DNA from: Candidatus Micrarchaeota archaeon
Lineage (GTDB): Archaea > Micrarchaeota > Micrarchaeia > Micrarchaeales > CABMGC01
Direction of reading: 5' to 3'
DNA: 40,143 nt
Assembly: GCA_027319905.1 (NCBI GenBank)
Contig: DAHVMJ010000006.1
Span: forward strand, 1 to 40,143
This document shows positions 1 to 9,070 of this stretch, piece by piece. Under the pieces are notes generated by a model. The model had not been told where the DNA came from and did not search any database. It saw only the letters and a list, made by a program, of their open reading frames with translations. The position numbers and the translations under genes were made by a program. How positions within the stretch are numbered: the stretch's first letter is position 1; every line of letters starts with the position of its first letter.

Positions 1-201
1 TAATGCTAAAGCAGTTATAGGAATATGAAAGAGAAGAACTCGCATTTTAGAGGGTAGAAACTCAAGTTTTGAAGTCCCATCAATCCACGCCAGACAGAGA
101 TTGGTTTCGGAGTCTGTTATCTGCTTCTTCCCTCTTTTTGCAAGTTTCTGATTAAGCATTTGAATGTAAACTTTCCAATTTGTTTCTACCAGTTCGTTCA
201 T
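1..201 (-). CDS. Hypothetical protein, partial (runs off window start)
   Basis: Manual translation: ATG at 201 overlaps the TGA of the upstream ORF (ATGA); 67 open codons MNELVETNWKVYIQMLNQKLAKRGKKQ...; AT-rich. Confidence 0.6.
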   Translation of the reverse strand, partial: MNELVETNWKVYIQMLNQKLAKRGKKQITDSETNLCLAWIDGTSKLEFLPSKMRVLLFHIPITALAL

Positions 202-449
202 AATCGCTCCCATAATTCAGCCATCATACTCTGGGCATTTCTATTAGGTCTGTTTCTAATTCCATTCCTTTCGGCAAATTCTTTAGTGTCTGCTTGTGCA
301 AAAACGTGGAAACGATTACCTGTCTTCAGTATCAAATAATCTCTGCCTTCTAATGTTATCCCTTTGATGTTCATGGCATACTCTTTTCGTCTGGTCAAAG
401 TTATGGTCGGTTCCATTCTCGACATAAAATCCCTATATCTATTGCTCAT
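198..449 (-). CDS. Small hypothetical protein in an AT-rich, possibly mobile-element-derived stretch
   Basis: 83-aa ORF, translationally coupled to the next ORF; no recognisable motif. Confidence 0.6.
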   Translation of the reverse strand: MSNRYRDFMSRMEPTITLTRRKEYAMNIKGITLEGRDYLILKTGNRFHVFAQADTKEFAERNGIRNRPNRNAQSMMAELWERL

Positions 450-559
450 AAAGTAATTAAAATGCTAATTTAGCAGACTAAAAAGGAGACTTTATTAGCA
501 AAGCCAATTTCACATCAACCTATATAAACAGCCAAAAGCCATCTCTGACTGGTAAGACC

Positions 560-1174
560 ATGAGTGCAAGACGTGTTCTAGGAACTATTACGGGAACTGC
601 AGGAGCGCTTTCAATAATCGGAGGCGAAGCGCTACAGTATGTGGCCAGAGATGTGGCCCCAAGATATGTATCGCAGTTCGTCCAGGATGTACCTAACGCT
701 CAGACTCTGATCATGGTACCTAACTCCATAACCAGCATGCCTCTGGCGCAGTTAGGCACATCATCAACCTCCCTGCTCATCCAGGTTGAATCCATCTCAG
801 GCAGCATTAACTACGGCTCTAACGGGGTTATCGATACCTTCCTTCAGCTGATGACTACAATATCCAATGCTTCCGCCCCAATAGCGTACAAGACAGCGGT
901 GGTGGCCGCCGGCAACTCTACACAGATAAGCATGGGCGGGGGAGAGGTGGCGAAGATTACGGTGCAGGCTGCACAACCAGGGTACCAGGCCACGATCTCC
1001 GTAGCAGTCGGTCATCTCCAGAACGTGCTGGCAAACGCCCCGGCCGTTGAGTTCGCGCGACACATCAGCGCGCTCGGCGGTGATGCGATTGTTGCAGGGG
1101 CCGCGCTTGTAGCAGTGACCGTTGGCCTCTTCGGTAAGGACATCTATCACAAGCTCAAGCGTAAATCTGACTGA
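560..1174 (+). CDS. Hypothetical membrane-anchored protein
   Basis: Hydrophobic N-terminus, C-terminal TM helix with basic tail (KLKRKSD); TATA-like TATATAAA at about 521-528. Confidence 0.75.
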   Translation: MSARRVLGTITGTAGALSIIGGEALQYVARDVAPRYVSQFVQDVPNAQTLIMVPNSITSMPLAQLGTSSTSLLIQVESISGSINYGSNGVIDTFLQLMTTISNASAPIAYKTAVVAAGNSTQISMGGGEVAKITVQAAQPGYQATISVAVGHLQNVLANAPAVEFARHISALGGDAIVAGAALVAVTVGLFGKDIYHKLKRKSD

Positions 1175-1242
1175 GCCAATAGATCAGGACGCGGCCTGCG
1201 AAACGTATTCTATTATAAGATAGCGTTGCTCAAGAAAAACGA

Positions 1243-1980
1243 GTGGTAGGCGTGGGACTAGACGTAATCGACATAACCAGCAGGAGCTTTCACACGCTGA
1301 TAGACAACAAGACGGTGCTAATTTACGCTGCTGTCGGCGGCATAGTGAGCGCCCTGTTTTCAGCAGCGTTCATCTCTCAGACCACTTCGCTTTCGGCCCT
1401 TGGCGTAAACCCTCCTATCACAACGCTTCTGCCCGTGCTGCTGTCCTTTCTGGGCGCCGCTGCCGTTGGCATACTCGTTGCGTTTCTGATTAACATTTTC
1501 GTATCAGGCTCTATAATAAGCGCAGCCGGATCTGTCGGCAAGCTCGATGCTGGAGATGCGGCAAAACGCTCGGTCGACAGGTACGTAACCCTTCTGATCA
1601 CCACCGTAGTAGAAGGAATAATAGTGGGTATAGGGTTCATCCTGTTCGTCATACCTGGAATATTCCTGGCGGTGAGGCTGAGTCTGGCTCCGGTGGAGGT
1701 AGTTGTTGGGAAGAGGGGAGTCGTTGACTCGCTTCAGGGCAGCTGGAACGCGACCGCAGGCAACTTCTGGGGCATCCTCATCATCCTCGCACTCGTCTTC
1801 ATAGTGGCTTCGATCATAAGCGGATTGTTCGGGATAGTCTTCACCCTGATCCACCTCAGGCCGATCGCAAGCTTCATCTCAACATTTGTGAGCTACTCGT
1901 TCACCGTCGCGTGGGTGCTGATGTACCAGAAGATAGCCGCTCCCGCAGCCAGCAGGGCAGGTCCGAGGAAGAAGAGGTAG
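1243..1980 (+). CDS. Multi-pass membrane protein (glycerophosphodiester-phosphodiesterase membrane-domain-like), paralog 1
   Basis: About 6 TM helices; motif 'RLSLAP...GKRGVVDSLQGSWNATAGNFW'; start may be GTG 1252. Confidence 0.8.
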   Translation: MVGVGLDVIDITSRSFHTLIDNKTVLIYAAVGGIVSALFSAAFISQTTSLSALGVNPPITTLLPVLLSFLGAAAVGILVAFLINIFVSGSIISAAGSVGKLDAGDAAKRSVDRYVTLLITTVVEGIIVGIGFILFVIPGIFLAVRLSLAPVEVVVGKRGVVDSLQGSWNATAGNFWGILIILALVFIVASIISGLFGIVFTLIHLRPIASFISTFVSYSFTVAWVLMYQKIAAPAASRAGPRKKR

Positions 1981-2037
1981 AGCAGCCAATACGCGCGTAT
2001 TTATATAGTGCGCTATCCCATGCCAAAACGTGACAAT

Positions 2038-2778
2038 ATGGCCTTGGAAATCTTCGGTACGATAAAGAACAGTTATTCCACGCTCTTCGGGAACAGGACT
2101 GTGCTAGTCTACGTGCTGATCATGAGCGTGCTTGCTGCGATCCTCGTCGCGGCTGCGGGCCTGCCGCTGGCAACACAGAAGGCAGCATACACTCCGGCCA
2201 TCACCAACCCAACCATGGCGATAGCGTCGATAGTCATACTCTTTCTCGTAAGCATATTCTTTAGCGGAGCAATTATAACCGCGGCCGGATCCAGCGCAGA
2301 CATAGGCACGGCGGCCAAGAACGCGATAAGCAGGTATCTCCCGCTGGTTGGCACCTCAATACTTGTCGCCATAATCGGCGTGGTTCCGTTTGCTGTGCTC
2401 TACACCATAGGTCTGCTTCTGATGCTCGCGGGTGCGGGTTCCGCGCTGCTCGCTCTCGGCGCAATAATAGTAATAGTTGCTGTCGTAGTGCTCTTCTACA
2501 TGATAACCAGACTTAGCATCTCAACGGTTGGCACGGTGCTTGGAAAGAGGGGGCCAGTTGACTCGGTGAAGCATAGCTGGTCAGCGACAAAGGGCAACCT
2601 CTGGCACGTCTTTGCCATATTCATATCCGTAACCATAGTCTCGAGCATAATCGGAGAGGTATTGGTGTATGCGCTCGCCGCAGCAGGGCTGCAGGCAATC
2701 GGCCTCTTCGTACTGACCTTCCTCGGGAGCGCAAGCACAATAGCATTTGTGCGCATCTACCAGGCCCTGCCTGGCTAG
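2038..2778 (+). CDS. Multi-pass membrane protein, tandem paralog 2
   Basis: Same motif 'RLSIS...GKRGPVDSVKHSWSATKGNLW'; ATG 2038 follows TATA TTTATATA at about 2000-2007 and aligns with the paralog 1 N-terminus. Confidence 0.8.
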   Translation: MALEIFGTIKNSYSTLFGNRTVLVYVLIMSVLAAILVAAAGLPLATQKAAYTPAITNPTMAIASIVILFLVSIFFSGAIITAAGSSADIGTAAKNAISRYLPLVGTSILVAIIGVVPFAVLYTIGLLLMLAGAGSALLALGAIIVIVAVVVLFYMITRLSISTVGTVLGKRGPVDSVKHSWSATKGNLWHVFAIFISVTIVSSIIGEVLVYALAAAGLQAIGLFVLTFLGSASTIAFVRIYQALPG

Positions 2779-2826
2779 CCCAGCGCAACCTTTAAAGAGG
2801 AGAACACGTAATTAGCAAGCGATGCG

Positions 2827-2979
2827 ATGGCGCTAAACACACCTCAGCAGCAGGCCGGCATACTCAGCTTCTATGACGCGCCCGAGCGTGGACCCAGGGT
2901 CAACGCAAAGGTACTGCTCATAGCGGTGGCGCTCTTCACGCTGCTTGTTATAATATTTGACCATTTCGCTGCTCTGTGA
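2827..2979 (+). CDS. secG: Preprotein translocase subunit Sec61beta (archaeal SecG)
   Basis: Not in ORF track; manual translation MALNTPQQQAGILSFYDAPERGPRVNAKVLLIAVALFTLLVIIFDHFAAL (50 aa) has the AG(L/I)..(F/Y)D...GP motif and a single C-terminal TM typical of Sec61beta. Confidence 0.88.
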   Translation: MALNTPQQQAGILSFYDAPERGPRVNAKVLLIAVALFTLLVIIFDHFAAL

Positions 2980-2986
2980 ACAGCTG

Positions 2987-3838
2987 TCATATCAAAGTGA
3001 ACACGTCTTTCCTTCTTTCGCTTACGTCCCCCTGCTCACTAAGAAGGTAGAGCATGGCGCGTATGCCATCCTCTTTCAGTCCCGTGCTCTTGACCAGCTC
3101 ATCGACCTTCTTCGGCCCGCTCCTTAGCTCCTTGATGACCTTGTCGCCGTTCTTGTCGAAGAATGCGCGAAGCACGATGTAGAACTTCTTGTTGAAGGCG
3201 CGTATACCGAGCACCTTTCCCGACCTTATGCTGTCCTCCACAGAGAGCGAAAGGCTTGAGGCCTCAGCCTCTGTTGGAAGCACTATGTAGCCGTCGGTCT
3301 CTAGCCTGTCTACGTTTGCGTTTGCTGTCTTGACCGGTAGTATGACCATCTTCTCCTGTGGCTCCGCCACTTCTTTCTTCGCAGGCGCAGCTGCCGCAGC
3401 CTGTTTCCTCATGAGAAACTTGTCGTACACGTCTTTGCTTATGCTATACGACCCTTTCGGCTTGAACAGCCACACGATTCTCTTGCTTATCAAACCCTGC
3501 AGCGTCTTCTTCTCGCCTTCGTTCAGCAGTTTGGCGACGTTCGTGGGCGTGCGGTTCGCGTATCTCAGCGTGTCCATCTTCTTCAGCACGCCTATCTCCT
3601 CCTGGCTCACCTCTATCTTCTTCGGAGGCTGCTGGCCTATGGGCGCTGGTCCCGCGCTCACCCCGCTCTTCGTGACGAGCAGCAGGTTTGCTATGTCCTC
3701 CTTCTTTGCGAAAAGAAACGCCTTGTCGCTGAATCTGAAGAAATCGACCTCTTCATCGCCCCTCAGCCCAAGTTGTTTTATGACATCATACGGAAGGTAG
3801 ACTATGTACTTGTTTTCCCTCGATTTGTATACTTTCAA
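2987..3838 (-). CDS. Hypothetical DNA-binding protein with AbrB/SpoVT-like N-terminus and winged-helix-like C-terminus
   Basis: N-term 'YIVYLPYDVIKQLGLRGDEEVDF'; C-term 'ELRSGPKKVDELVKSTGLKEDGIRAMLYLLSEQGDV'; TTG start. Confidence 0.65.
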   Translation of the reverse strand: MKVYKSRENKYIVYLPYDVIKQLGLRGDEEVDFFRFSDKAFLFAKKEDIANLLLVTKSGVSAGPAPIGQQPPKKIEVSQEEIGVLKKMDTLRYANRTPTNVAKLLNEGEKKTLQGLISKRIVWLFKPKGSYSISKDVYDKFLMRKQAAAAAPAKKEVAEPQEKMVILPVKTANANVDRLETDGYIVLPTEAEASSLSLSVEDSIRSGKVLGIRAFNKKFYIVLRAFFDKNGDKVIKELRSGPKKVDELVKSTGLKEDGIRAMLYLLSEQGDVSERRKDVFTLI

Positions 3839-3884
3839 TTGACCAACCGTGAAGCTATTTTAAACCCCCGTTCTAATTACTACC

Positions 3885-5801
3885 ATGCAAGACTTAAAAG
3901 AGTTTGCAGACGCTCCGAGCACAATAATCAGAAAAGAGTTCACAGACGCGCTCAGCGCCGCGATAACCGAACTGTATGGCGATATCAGGCGAGAGGAAGG
4001 CGACCTTGAGCTGTCTGTCTCGGTTCCGAGCACGTTCGAGCTCGGAGATCTGAGTTCGTCAGTAGCATTCAAGCTCGCGAAGGCTGCAAGAAGCAGCCCC
4101 ATCGGCATAGCGAAGGAGATAGTGAAGAAGGCAAAGCCCACAAAGCACCTCTTCAGGTTCGAGGACGCCAACGGCTACATAAACGCATTCATAGAGGAGA
4201 AGGGGTATGTGGAGCTGGTGCTGCGCGACGTGCTGAAGAGGAAGAAGGGATACGGGCAGAGCAGCGTCGGCAAGCGCAAAAAAGTAATAGTTGAGTCACC
4301 CAGCGCAAATCCCGCGCATCCGTGGCACGTAGGCACGCTCAGGAACGCGCTGCTGGGCAATGTGGTCTCCAACATAATGGAGGCATGTTCATACGAGGTC
4401 GAGCGCGAGGATTACATAGATGACCTCGGCCTGCAGGTCGCGACCGCGCTGTGGGGCTGGATGCACATAAGCAACAAGCCGGACAAAAAGTTCGATCAAT
4501 GGCTGGGCGAACAGTACGTCAGGGTCAATAAAGAGATGCAGCAAAGCCCCGAGATAAAGAAAGAGGTCGAGGCGCTGAACAAGAGGATGGAGGAGGCCAC
4601 AACGCAGGAGGCAAGAGCCGGAAGGGAGATGGCCGAAAAATGCGTAGTTGCGCATCAGGAGACCGCGTTTGCCTACGGCATATACCGCGACGTGATGATC
4701 TGGGAAAGCGACATAGTGAGGAGCCATCTGCTCAGCAAGGCGCTCGACATCTCGAGCGAGATACTTGAGAAACCGAGCGACGGCAAGTATGCGGGTGCGA
4801 TAGTAATAAAGCTGGAAAAGATAACGCCTCTGGCGAAGCAACTCGAGGGCAGCAGGGAGGATGCGAAGGTGATAATAAGGAGCAACGGGGCCGCGACGTA
4901 CATAGGCAAGGACTTCGCCTTCCACGCCTGGAAGTTCGGACTCATAGACGCGGGCTTCACCTACAGGAAGTTCATGGACCAGCCGAACGGCAAGCCGATA
5001 TTCAGCACCTCTGCTGAAGGCATACCCATGAAGTTCGGGAACGTAAAGGCAGCGATAAACGTGATAGATGCGAGCCAGGCATACGAGCAGCAGATAATGC
5101 GCGTCATGTTCTCACTCATAGGCCACAGCGAGGTGACGGAAAACCTGGTGCATCTTGCCTATGGTAGGGTCAATATAGAAGGGGAGAAGCTGAGTGCAAG
5201 GTCGGGCAACTGGCTGGGCGAAGGCAGAAACTACACCGCCGACGACCTCCTGCATGAGGCCACGAAGCGCGCGATGGAGATAGCGCAGAAGAGCGAGAAG
5301 ATAACGAACAAGCAGAATCTTGAGTCCATATCGAAGGCGATAGCCCTGGCTGCGATAAAGTTCGAGTACCTGCGGATAGCGCCGGAGAAGGAGATAGTGT
5401 TCTCGTGGCAGAACGCGCTCAACTTTGAGGGCAACAGCGGGCCATATGTTATGTACACCTACGCGAGGGCGAAGAAGATACTTGCCAGGGCCGGGTTGGC
5501 AGAGGCGTCGTTCTCGGCGAGCGACGCGGAGCATCTGACAAGGGGCTACGACTTCGCGCTCATAAAGAAGCTTGGGGAGACGCAGGAAATGGTGGGGAAA
5601 GCGTGCGATGAGGCCAGGCCCAACGTACTCACCGACTACCTGCTCGATCTTTCATCGCTCTTCAGCAAGTTCTACGAGAGCATGCCGGTGATAAAGGGAG
5701 GCGAAGCGAAGGGGGCGAGACTCGCGATTGTGTACGCGCTCACGATAGTGCTGGAGAATGTGCTGGGCCTGCTTGGTATATCCACCGTAAGCGAGATGTA
5801 A
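3885..5801 (+). CDS. argS: Arginine--tRNA ligase
   Basis: HIGH-like 'SANPAHPWHVGTLRNA', 'YIDDLGLQ', 'KLSARSG', 'FEGNSGPYVMYTYAR', DALR-type C-terminus. Confidence 0.97.
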   Translation: MQDLKEFADAPSTIIRKEFTDALSAAITELYGDIRREEGDLELSVSVPSTFELGDLSSSVAFKLAKAARSSPIGIAKEIVKKAKPTKHLFRFEDANGYINAFIEEKGYVELVLRDVLKRKKGYGQSSVGKRKKVIVESPSANPAHPWHVGTLRNALLGNVVSNIMEACSYEVEREDYIDDLGLQVATALWGWMHISNKPDKKFDQWLGEQYVRVNKEMQQSPEIKKEVEALNKRMEEATTQEARAGREMAEKCVVAHQETAFAYGIYRDVMIWESDIVRSHLLSKALDISSEILEKPSDGKYAGAIVIKLEKITPLAKQLEGSREDAKVIIRSNGAATYIGKDFAFHAWKFGLIDAGFTYRKFMDQPNGKPIFSTSAEGIPMKFGNVKAAINVIDASQAYEQQIMRVMFSLIGHSEVTENLVHLAYGRVNIEGEKLSARSGNWLGEGRNYTADDLLHEATKRAMEIAQKSEKITNKQNLESISKAIALAAIKFEYLRIAPEKEIVFSWQNALNFEGNSGPYVMYTYARAKKILARAGLAEASFSASDAEHLTRGYDFALIKKLGETQEMVGKACDEARPNVLTDYLLDLSSLFSKFYESMPVIKGGEAKGARLAIVYALTIVLENVLGLLGISTVSEM

Positions 5802-5804
5802 AGA

Positions 5805-6716
5805 TCATGGTGGAGTGTAGCCAGAGGTCCATTGACTTGTATACGTGACTCCGCTCGGCACGCCATTGTTGTTGTTCCCGCTGTAGTCGTTGGCGTTGCC
5901 GTTGAGCGGCCACCAGCCCACGAGGTTCTGCAGCTTGATTGGCGCGCCGCCGATGCCCTCCTGATAGAGTGCCTGAATCTCGTTGGCTGAAAGAGAAGTG
6001 TTGTAGATTTGGACATCGGCAAACTGGCCATGCATTCCCTGGCGCTCGTACGGATCATACGATACGTTGAAATAAACGCTAGGATTTGTGGTTCCAGCTA
6101 TGGTGTGGCTCACGCTGCTCACTCCATTGACATAAAGCCCAACGGTACCGGCAGACTGGTTTACGTAAGCAGTCAGGAAGTACCATGTACTGGATGACGG
6201 ACAGTTAGACGTGTCATAGCTTTGCCATCCGCTCGTAGTTCCTGTACCGACTTGTATGTCGCACCCGCTCCCGTCGGAATTGATTACCACTGTGCCGTAC
6301 AGGTATCCTGCGCTCCCGCTTCCTGTAGTTAACGAATTGGCTGCAGCAATTATCCCCTGCGGCGTCATCAGATTCTGTGGGTTTATCCAGAGGGAAATAG
6401 TCAAGCTTGAACCAGAAGGCACAGTCAGAGGAAGGTATAGGTGACTCGAAGAGCCGCCTGCGAGCGACACGATATATTGCGGCAGCTCGCCGTTGCACAC
6501 GCCCTCTAGGTTGATTAACGAAGCTGTCCCTGGGCCGTTCGGCCGGAGGACCTGGCAGGCTCCTGGTGGAGCTCTGGGTGCAAAGGCGCTGGCGTTGAAG
6601 ACTCCAAGCTGGAATAGGGCACCCAAGACCACGGCTATTATGAGTATCGCCCAGCCGTAGGTCATCAGGTATTCCATCGCGGATTGGGCCTTTTTCCTGC
6701 CAGTACTGAGTCGCAT
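5805..6716 (-). CDS. Class III signal-peptide (archaeal pilin-like) protein with LamG/concanavalin-like domain, copy 1
   Basis: 'KKAQSAMEYLMTYGWAILIIAVVL' signal, LamG-type 'TISLWI...WYFL...LYVNG...DVQIYNTSLS'; ATG 6716 preferred over GTG 6734. Confidence 0.88.
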   Translation of the reverse strand: MRLSTGRKKAQSAMEYLMTYGWAILIIAVVLGALFQLGVFNASAFAPRAPPGACQVLRPNGPGTASLINLEGVCNGELPQYIVSLAGGSSSHLYLPLTVPSGSSLTISLWINPQNLMTPQGIIAAANSLTTGSGSAGYLYGTVVINSDGSGCDIQVGTGTTSGWQSYDTSNCPSSSTWYFLTAYVNQSAGTVGLYVNGVSSVSHTIAGTTNPSVYFNVSYDPYERQGMHGQFADVQIYNTSLSANEIQALYQEGIGGAPIKLQNLVGWWPLNGNANDYSGNNNNGVPSGVTYTSQWTSGYTPP

Positions 6717-6773
6717 AAGCTCGAAGTTATTCACGCAGAACGCTTAAATAAAGCTTTTTACCTATTCCCATGA

Positions 6774-6848
6774 GGGCCCGTAGCTCAGCTTGGACAGAGC
6801 AGCACCGTCCTAAGGTGATGGTCGCGGGTTCAAATCCCGCCGGGCCCG
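6774..6848 (+). tRNA. tRNA-Arg (anticodon CCT), CCA not encoded
   Basis: Acceptor GGGCCCG/CGGGCCC, D-stem GCTC/GAGC, anticodon loop GT-CCT-AA, T-arm GCGGG-TTCAAAT-CCCGC. Confidence 0.93.
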
Positions 6849-6860
6849 CGTGGTGTTCCT

Positions 6861-7430
6861 ATGAAAGAATACGAACTGAAGATACTCGGAATAAAACCTA
6901 CTGAGGCGAGGAAGCGGCTTCTGCATCTTGGCGCAAAGAAGACAGGTCATTTCCACTACAAGAGGATTATCTTTCCCCTGAAAGGCAAGAAAGGAGAGAA
7001 CAGATGGTTCAGGCTAAGGAGCGATGGCAAGAAGCACGTGCTGACACTGAAGATAAACGTCGGGCATTCGATAAGCGACACACAGGAGTATGAGGTGGCT
7101 GTGCAGGACTTCAACAAGTGCGCAAAGCTGCTGTGCAGCGCATTCCAAGATCGTTATTATGAAGAAAACGACCGCGAGCTCTACTCCCTAGAAGGAGCGG
7201 AGATAACGATAGATAAGTGGCCTTATATTCCTTACCTGGCGGAGATCGAAGCGCATTCTGCGAAGAAGGTAAAGGAAATGTACAAAAAGCTGAAAATCTC
7301 TGGCAAGCCGTTCGGTAACGTGCCAGCGGGTGAGGTATACAAACACTATGGACTTGATGTTAGGGAGATGGCAAAGAAGAACGAGAAGAAGCTCAGGGCC
7401 ATAATATCTGGCCGCGCTCACGCCGGATGA
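6861..7430 (+). CDS. CYTH-domain protein (class IV adenylate cyclase / triphosphatase family)
   Basis: N-terminal ExExK 'EYELK', 'RLR', 'LTLK', 'EYEV', 'EIEA'. Confidence 0.9.
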   Translation: MKEYELKILGIKPTEARKRLLHLGAKKTGHFHYKRIIFPLKGKKGENRWFRLRSDGKKHVLTLKINVGHSISDTQEYEVAVQDFNKCAKLLCSAFQDRYYEENDRELYSLEGAEITIDKWPYIPYLAEIEAHSAKKVKEMYKKLKISGKPFGNVPAGEVYKHYGLDVREMAKKNEKKLRAIISGRAHAG

Positions 7431-7512
7431 AAGAGCACCGAACGTCTCGTAAACAAATAAATAACTTCTTCATCAACAGTTAAGCCGAATCATAACCGCG
7501 ATTCTGGATTAC

Positions 7513-8535
7513 ATGGCACAAACGAAGAAGGTAAAGGAACCGAGCATAGTCATAAGGCCGCTCGGCAGATTCGGGGGCCTCGATAACCTGCACCTAATGC
7601 TGATGGTGCTTGCGGTTCTTCTGGTAGCGCTGCTCCTTGTGGTATCGTACGGCAAACCGATACTGGTGCTGCCCAGCAACAACACCACTTCGACATCAAA
7701 CACAACCGCCACGCATACAGCCGCCCAGATCAAGGCCATTGCGGAACGCATACTCGCAAGCTATGCCACTGTGAACAGCTCGCTTTCGCTCATACCCTTC
7801 ATCTCAAACATAAGCAGCATGCGCGTCAGCTACCTGCCAGACAGCGGGGCCTGGTACGTGAGTCTTCTGGCCAAGAATCCGGTCAACAACGTCATCTTTT
7901 CTCTAGCATTCATGATAAACGACACCAACACGTCAAGGATAACGCCGCTCCTGCAGAGCGCGCGCCCCTCGCAGATATCCAACAACAGCGTCGTGTCCAG
8001 CGGCGTGGTCTCGCTCGCGGGTAAGTATGCCTGCAGCAACTCGACTCCAACCCACGTGTACTGGTTCATTGACCCATACGCGCCAGGCTCCGTGCAGAGT
8101 CTGATCAATGCGAGTGCAATAAAACGCATGTACGGCGGCAGCGTTAACCTGACCGTCAAGATAGTCATAGGGGCGTCTACGCAGCAGGTTGGTTCGCAGG
8201 TAGGCCTGGCCAACGCGCTCTACCTTTCCAAGTACGCCCTCTGCGCGTCGCAGCAGAGCGGTTTCTCAGCCTTCGCCTCGAATCTCAACGCGGCATACGC
8301 CGGTGCGTACATGTCGCAGAACGCTCTGGCCGGCATAGCAAGCCAGTCCGGGCTTAACGCAACGCAACTGGACGCCTGCATAAGCGCATCATCCAGCGTG
8401 CTCAGCACCCAGGCGTTGCTTGCGCAGTACTATAACGTCACATACACACCTGTCGCTGTGGTCGACTGCCACTACCTCACCATCCCGCAGACAGCGCAGG
8501 AGGCGCTGTGCTACGCCAACTCCACGTTGTGCTGA
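7513..8535 (+). CDS. Membrane-anchored extracellular thioredoxin/DsbA-fold protein with degenerate active site
   Basis: N-terminal TM; 'YWFIDPYAPGS' at the CxxC position; 'YNVTYTPVAVV' resembles the cis-Pro loop; many N-x-S/T sequons. Confidence 0.65.
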   Translation: MAQTKKVKEPSIVIRPLGRFGGLDNLHLMLMVLAVLLVALLLVVSYGKPILVLPSNNTTSTSNTTATHTAAQIKAIAERILASYATVNSSLSLIPFISNISSMRVSYLPDSGAWYVSLLAKNPVNNVIFSLAFMINDTNTSRITPLLQSARPSQISNNSVVSSGVVSLAGKYACSNSTPTHVYWFIDPYAPGSVQSLINASAIKRMYGGSVNLTVKIVIGASTQQVGSQVGLANALYLSKYALCASQQSGFSAFASNLNAAYAGAYMSQNALAGIASQSGLNATQLDACISASSSVLSTQALLAQYYNVTYTPVAVVDCHYLTIPQTAQEALCYANSTLC

Positions 8536-8539
8536 TCCG

Positions 8540-9025
8540 TTGAAACACCTGATAGTAGGAATAGATCCCGGAAAGACGGCGGCCATCGCCTGCCTGGACC
8601 TCGATGGCAACGTCACAAGGCTCGCCACAGCGAGGTTCGCGGGATTGCAGTGGTTCGTAGACGAGATAGCAAGGGCCGGTACGCCGGTGATAATCGCCGG
8701 AGACAAAAAAAGGCCGGACTCGCTAGTGGAGAAGCTTGCGAGCATCTTCGACGCTGCGCTCTTCGTTCCGGTCACGGACATAAGCGTGCTTAAGAAGAAG
8801 GATCTGACCGGCAATGGCTTCTCGAACCTTCACGAGCGCGACGCGCTTGCTGCCGCGAGAACCGCTTACAGGGCCTACGCCGGGAAGCTTAGACAAGCTG
8901 AGAGACTTGCACTTGCAGGAAACGCGGAATCGGAAAGAGTGAAGGCGATGGTCATAAGGAAGTACTCGGTTCACGAGGCGATCACGCACAAAGAGGCAGG
9001 CAGGAGGCTCGTAAGGCGGGCCTAA
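8540..9025 (+). CDS. DUF460-like protein (RNase H-like fold), short form
   Basis: 'IVGIDPGKTAAIACLDLDG', 'GTPVIIAGD', 'NLHERDALAAA'; in-frame TTG at 8540 just after the upstream stop. Confidence 0.85.
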   Translation: MKHLIVGIDPGKTAAIACLDLDGNVTRLATARFAGLQWFVDEIARAGTPVIIAGDKKRPDSLVEKLASIFDAALFVPVTDISVLKKKDLTGNGFSNLHERDALAAARTAYRAYAGKLRQAERLALAGNAESERVKAMVIRKYSVHEAITHKEAGRRLVRRA

Positions 9026-9070
9026 AAGGTATATAGGCAACAGTTAAGAAGCGCCATCGCGACAATATCC

